Origin: Elusimicrobiota bacterium
Lineage (GTDB): Bacteria > CG03 > SLGR01 > JBDRKX01
Direction of reading: 5' to 3'
DNA length: 18,859 bases
Assembly: GCA_043813605.1 (NCBI GenBank)
Contig: JBDRKX010000019.1
Coordinates: forward strand, 1-18,859
This document shows, in pieces, positions 12,001-18,000 of the stretch. Under the pieces are notes generated by a model, which was given only the letters and a program-made list of their open reading frames with translations, had not been told where the DNA came from and did not search any database. The stretch's first letter is position 1, and every line of letters starts with the position of its first letter. The position numbers and the translations under genes are program-made.

Positions 12001-15000
12001 ATCCGCGAACCGGCGCAGCTTCATATCCTCTTTCAGGAGATATTCCATCCCTATATGGGCCTCGAGTAACCTCTCTGCCGCCGTCTCGTCACTCATAACC
12101 CTTTCCATGACCGGAGACGCTTTCAAATTTTCCGCCAGGCCCACATTCATAGCGGAAACCTCGAGCAGTGTCATCATGGTCTTTGTGGCCGCCGCGCTTT
12201 TGAGGACATTCTCCAGATCGAGCATACCGTCTGCCGAGAACCGTTCCAGTATCTCCCGGTATTCTTCCCGTATCCGCCAGTCGGGGGTGATTGTCTCGTT
12301 GAGTTTTTCCTTATCCCCTATATCAAGCAGGTTCATGGCCATTTCCAAGTCTTCCATTATCTCGCCGAATACAGGCATCTTCACGAGACTCCTCGCGTGG
12401 GCGGCGTTTCTCTGTATCTCGTGCTCCATCTGCAGTCCGACGAGCTTTATAAGCGCTATGAACGTCACGGTCTTTGAGAAATCCTTTACAAGCGATACAA
12501 AATCTATTACACCGTCATCCCTGACAAAAGGAAGGAATATATCTCTGTATTCCGGGCAGAGACGCCCGTCTTTCTCCATTATCTCCTTGAATACGCTCAG
12601 CCATGATGTGAGTATTTCCAGTATCTGCATCCGATCGGGACTCGTACCGGCCACGTCCTTTATGTATCCCGTCTCGATGAGCTCGTTAAGGAGCGCCGGG
12701 CAGGCCTGAGCGAGGTTAGCAAAACAGTTAACGCAAGTATTTTTCATTGACGCCCACATCCAGTCCTTCTGCAGTGACTCCTCATCCGCCACATACTTCT
12801 CGATAATATCATTCTCGGAAAGAGCCCTTGCCGATGCGGGATCCACGCTCGCTACTTTCAAAAAAGTGACGAACCTGAGCGTGTCGATCCGCTTCTTTAT
12901 GACCTCGTAGATGAGGAAACGGCCCGTGTTATCAATAAAATCAGTGAATATGTCCCGGAACTCCTCTTTGATGAATCCGGCGCCGGTTATTATCCCGGTA
13001 TCCCGCATTATATCCGGCAAAGTCTCAGCTATGAGTTTGAAGTTCTCTGCCGCGTTCTTCTCGCTTTTAAGAACAGAAGAGGTCTTTTGGAGGATCTCGC
13101 CGCTGTAACCGGGCATTGCATCCATAAGGGATTTGGACTCGTAAATGACGCTTATCAGGCTCTCTTCGAATATTGCGTGGTGTTCGAACACCGCCTCTAT
13201 CATCTCCTCGATATATTTTTTATCCGGATATCTGTAAATATCGACAGCCTCATGGAACTTCCCGATTAATTCCCTGTCTTGCTTGAAATTCCACTCTCTT
13301 TTCGACATGGCAAGAGCTGCGGCGGGATCTATGTTATGGAGCCTCACGAGAGCTGCCAGGAGCCTTGCCATACTCATGCTTGCAAAGAGCGAATCCATGT
13401 CAATATCTGCCGTTCCCGGGATCATGAATACCGAAATAAGATCATGGAATTCCTCCTGCACCTTACCGTTCTTATCCATGACCTCAGCCAGCGATTCTGC
13501 GGCATATTCCATGACTACGTGGCTCTCGGTATAGCTGTCTATTTTTTCAAGTATACCGCTTTTTCTTAGCGCATTGGCGGCGGCCGGATTCCTTTCCGCA
13601 AGATTCACATATCCCTTGAAGAACCTGGCCTCCTTGGCACTGGAGAGCAGCTTCCTGAGGTTTATTCTGCCGTTCCTCTTATCTGTGAAAAATTTAAACA
13701 CTCCAGGGTGCCTGGCGAACTTCCCGTCCCTGTCCAGGACCTGTGATATCTCTTTGTATACGCGCTCGAAATTGTTTGCCATGTTCTCATTCTTGAGTAT
13801 CTGCTTCAAAATATCCCGGCCGGCAACATATTCCGCAAGTCCGATATTCACCTGAGCCATCTTTGCCAGTGTTACGAAGGTCCTTATATGCGCCCAGTCG
13901 GTGAAAACCGTCTGGAAGTCTATCATGCGGGTTCCCGCGACTGTGAAACTTTCGAATATATCACCGTATTTCGTTCTGATTCTAAGGCTCCGGTCCGCTA
14001 TTAATTCAAGGTGTTTGGCAACGTATACTATCTGCCCGCCGAACTCGGAGCTCTTTTTGATGTAATCATCCAGCTCGGAGAACATCTCCCCTGTGATGTG
14101 AAGACCGAGCGGCGGCGAGAATTTGGCGATGTTGGCGGCGAGCTCGATTTTTTCCAGGAAATCATCTCTGGAAGCGTTGAGTTCAGCGCTGTATTTGCCG
14201 AAGAAATCTCCCTCCAGGAGCTCCGTGGCGAACTCGGTACTCCAATAACCGGCCGTCATTATGCAGAGGAACAGAGTTATCTTGTCTGCCGACCCGAAAA
14301 GGCCGCCAAGATCCATCATACTGCCGTCATCCGTCCTGAGAAGACCACCCAGTATATTCCTGTATACCTCCTTCACCCGGCCGTTTTTATCATGAACTTC
14401 GAGCAGGAAGAACATACCCTCTTCCGACTGATAGAGCAGATCCAGATTATCGCTAAAGCGGCTGTCCGCGGTGAACCTCTCTATCATACCTGAGAGTAAC
14501 CTGCCGAGTTCAGGATTCTCATCGTACAAAGCCTTTACAATCGAAGCGGCCCCTACCAGCCTGTCCGTTTTTCCGGTATCCGATGAGACGGAAGACAGGG
14601 AGACCGAATCAGATATAACACCGGCCAGTTCCTCACCAATATACCCTACCGCGGAAATTATCCGCATTATTGAGGGATTGGATACGGCTTTCTTTAGGTC
14701 TATACTGCCTGAGGTATCGCATAACCCGGAGAAGATATTTTTCCATCTTCCGGTCAGAATTAGATTCCCGGATGGGGTTATACGGAATCCGCCCAGCATG
14801 CCCGCAGAGGTAGAGAAGCCTTTCACCATCTTATCATCATCCCAGATACTGAAAATGAGCCCTGAATCAACCAGATTTAAAGCCGAATCCATATTCTTTT
14901 CGGCGATTGAAAAGACTGCTGCGAATCCCTTTGACCTAGGTGCAGATAAAGCGATATCCTCGAGTGTTACCCCTCCTGCAGAGATGAGCTTATCATACAG

Positions 15001-18000
15001 CTCCCTGTATTCAGCCAGCACATTTCCGTCTTTGCCGTATATTTTTTCAAGTACGGGTTTCAGTATAAGCTGTATATTCTCTTCTCTTGTCAGTTCTCCC
15101 ATCAGTTCAGGAACCGTCATCACGCGAGTTATATCCTCGTATACGCGAAGGTCCTTCAGCGTCTGGATGAATGAATCCTCTTCCATATCACTGTAATCGC
15201 CCATATCCAGTTCCGCTTTGATAAGCAGAAGTATATTCATGCGGTTCTCTTTTTTCTCCCAAAACCCGTCCACCATGGGCACTAAGCCCTTCAATACAGC
15301 CTTGTAGATGATAAAGTTCTCCCGCGGCCCGTATTCCTCGCCGGTAGCTTCTTCGATCTGTACTATGACCTCGGATATCTCTTCAGTCACGGGAAGCCGG
15401 CCGTTTTCCTGTATGAACTCCTTTATGGCGAATATGCAGTATTTTATATGCTCCCCCATCTCGTCATATTCGCCCTCGATGTTGTCTATATGCGACAGGA
15501 TATCCTGCACAGACGGCGTGACCACCGGTTCCGGGGTTTCGGATGGAGTGTCATATCTTGTGAATTTGTCGAGAAGCACGGCTTTCCCCGGCGATGCCAG
15601 GAAATCCATGATATTCTCTGAGACTGCTCTTTCCGCCTTCCCGAGCCCGGCAAACTTCGCATTGATTCCTTCCAAAACCGCCCTGATCATATCTATCACA
15701 GTCACAACCTGCTGCAATCTAAACTTCCTTGTACCGAAGGAATATTTTATCTGTTTCTTTATATTCTCCTCATAGGATTTTACTGCGACTGCAGCATCTT
15801 CACCTAGGTGTTCTTTAATTATTTCATGGTGTGCTGTCCTGTCTTCATTTAAGATATCTTTGACCTGCTTTTTTGAATATTTTTCATAAAGCAGATGGTG
15901 ATGAAACGGAGTGAATTTTGATTTATCCGCCCAGAATGCCATGACCTGCTCTGCGGAAGCCAGTATATGAGCTGTGTGCAGGATATTATCAAGAAATTCC
16001 CGGGGTACGGACGGACCGGCGCGCCTTTTCAGTTCCTCGATCCATTCCGCTTCTATAGCTTCATGGTACGCCGTTTCATCCTGAAACCGGTTACTCGTGA
16101 CAATAACGAGATTATTATCTATATCCCTGAAATGGTATCCCCATATCCCATCAGGCAGGTTAGTGTCATCTACAATGAATTTGGCTGTTATAAGTTTTCC
16201 CTTTATCTCCCTTGTCTCAAGCTGCATATTACCGGCTTGGTCGGTCCATAATGTCTCTTTTGTTCTTTTTACTTTTTTGAGCGCTTCCGGGGCGATATCA
16301 CTTCGCAATCCTATATCTTTCATGATCATAAGATGATCCATAGCCTCTGAAACAGACGGACCCGGATGGACTTCATAAACAGCTCTTTTCACTTCGGCAA
16401 AAGTGATCCTGCCGTTTTCTGACTTTACTTTTACTTTTTTACAGGTGCCTTTTTTGTCATATACCCTCAGATAATCTCCTTCAAGAAAAAGCCCGGCTAC
16501 CAGTGCTGTTTTTTTCTGGAAAGGTTCTGAATTTTCTGCTGCAACTATCATATCTTTGGGTTGGTATGTTAGTCCTGAAGTATACAACTCATAGATCTCC
16601 GCGAAATCCTCGTATTTATTGCTTTCAAACGCATATGAAGTCGGGAAATCTTTTCTTTCCTTAGATAGATGCACGCTGATGTAATTAAATTCTCTTCTTA
16701 AAGATGGAGATATCCGCCTGAAATATACATGATGCCCAACTTCATGTCTTGTAACAAACGGATAAAGGATCTTTCTGTCGCCTTCAGTCTCCCATTCCTG
16801 AGCGATCATACTGAACGGGCCCAATTCGTAACCGCGGGCGTATTTCGTAACTTCCGGATAAGTCGATATAGAATGAAGGCCTTTTGTATGCCATTCGGGA
16901 AGGTTTTCCAGGGCATCTTTCATCTGTTTCTTTAATCCTTCGTCGGCATTTATCACCCATATCTTGTTATCTCCGTGTTTAAAATAATCGTAATATGCCT
17001 GCACACGGTTGATACCGAGGATACCTCCCATTAAGATCATAAAAGCGATTAAAACTCGCATAGTCAACCTTATCATGTTGCTTGATTTTTTTTGTTTTAT
17101 CTGTAATAGAAGACGTTTTTGGGTTATACCAGTTATTTTATTTGCTGTTTTATATGCAATAATACCTATCGTCGCTAATACGAAACCGTAAGAAGCTCCC
17201 AACAGCGATCCGAACTGCCATGTATTAAAGAGGTTCTGATAATTTCCCAATAGCTGCATGGTTACAAGTTTAAGTGTATCACCGGCAAAAATATGTGTAG
17301 ACAAGATGAGAGCTAAAGTCAGTATCAGGTTACTTCTAAGTACCGTCTGCAGGATTTTATGGGCAATAAGACTTATTCCCAGTATTGCACTATAGTAACA
17401 GATCGCCATCGGAATACCGGCTACTGTTATAGTAAGATACTGTTCCCAGTACGCCAGTGATTCGGCACAGAGAATCTTCAATATCGGGCCTATCATGATG
17501 TTTGTCATATAGACAACAGGCGATACAAATAGTGCAAATTTTATCAGCCCTATACTTTTATTGAAAATATTCCTTGAATTAATATATTTTCTAAGCTTTC
17601 GTTTAAGCGGGTTTTGGGCACCGAAGATATCCCGCTGAAGACCGTTGTATATGTCGCGGTGAGTATTATAATTCTTTTCCCCGAACACAGCGGCATATCC
17701 TTCATGGAACAGCAGTTCATCCAGGTTATCAGAAAACTTTTTTGAAAATAAGGCTCTGGATACGGCAAGCCGGCCGGTATCGGCAAACGCAAGCAGGTAG
17801 TCCTCTTTGCCATGGACTACCGCTTTAAATGTTACAATGTCACCGCGCGCAAAATACTTTTCCAGCCTTTCAATAATCAGCTTAACACGCGCATTATCAC
17901 TAACCCCTGCTGTTATCACCCTGCTTTTAAACCTATAAATCATCTGCCCTACTATTGCTGTTTCTTTTGCTTTAAGTTTTCCAGTTTTTACTGTTTCTGC

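Noticed and set aside
12724..12735. CVNC (CxxC) as a metal or redox site
   Set aside because: It is a single motif within the helical repeat region, with no second Cys pair, heme-binding His or thioredoxin context.
10750..15050. DKNG/DRDG/DDEG turns as EF-hand calcium loops
   Set aside because: The full DxDxDGxhxxxE 12-residue pattern is not met, so they are treated as beta-turns of the repeat.
15361..15435. IFAIKEFIQENGRLPVTEEISEVI resembling LexA or sigma-70 region 3 helix-turn-helix starts
   Set aside because: The similarity is too short and the following recognition helix pattern is absent.
2214..17813. Four short minus-strand ORFs (2214-2411, 7686-7934, 8247-8570, 17550-17813)
   Set aside because: They are off-frame overlaps inside the giant CDS, whose own frame carries the conserved motifs (PepD, GNAT, HE modules) at those positions.
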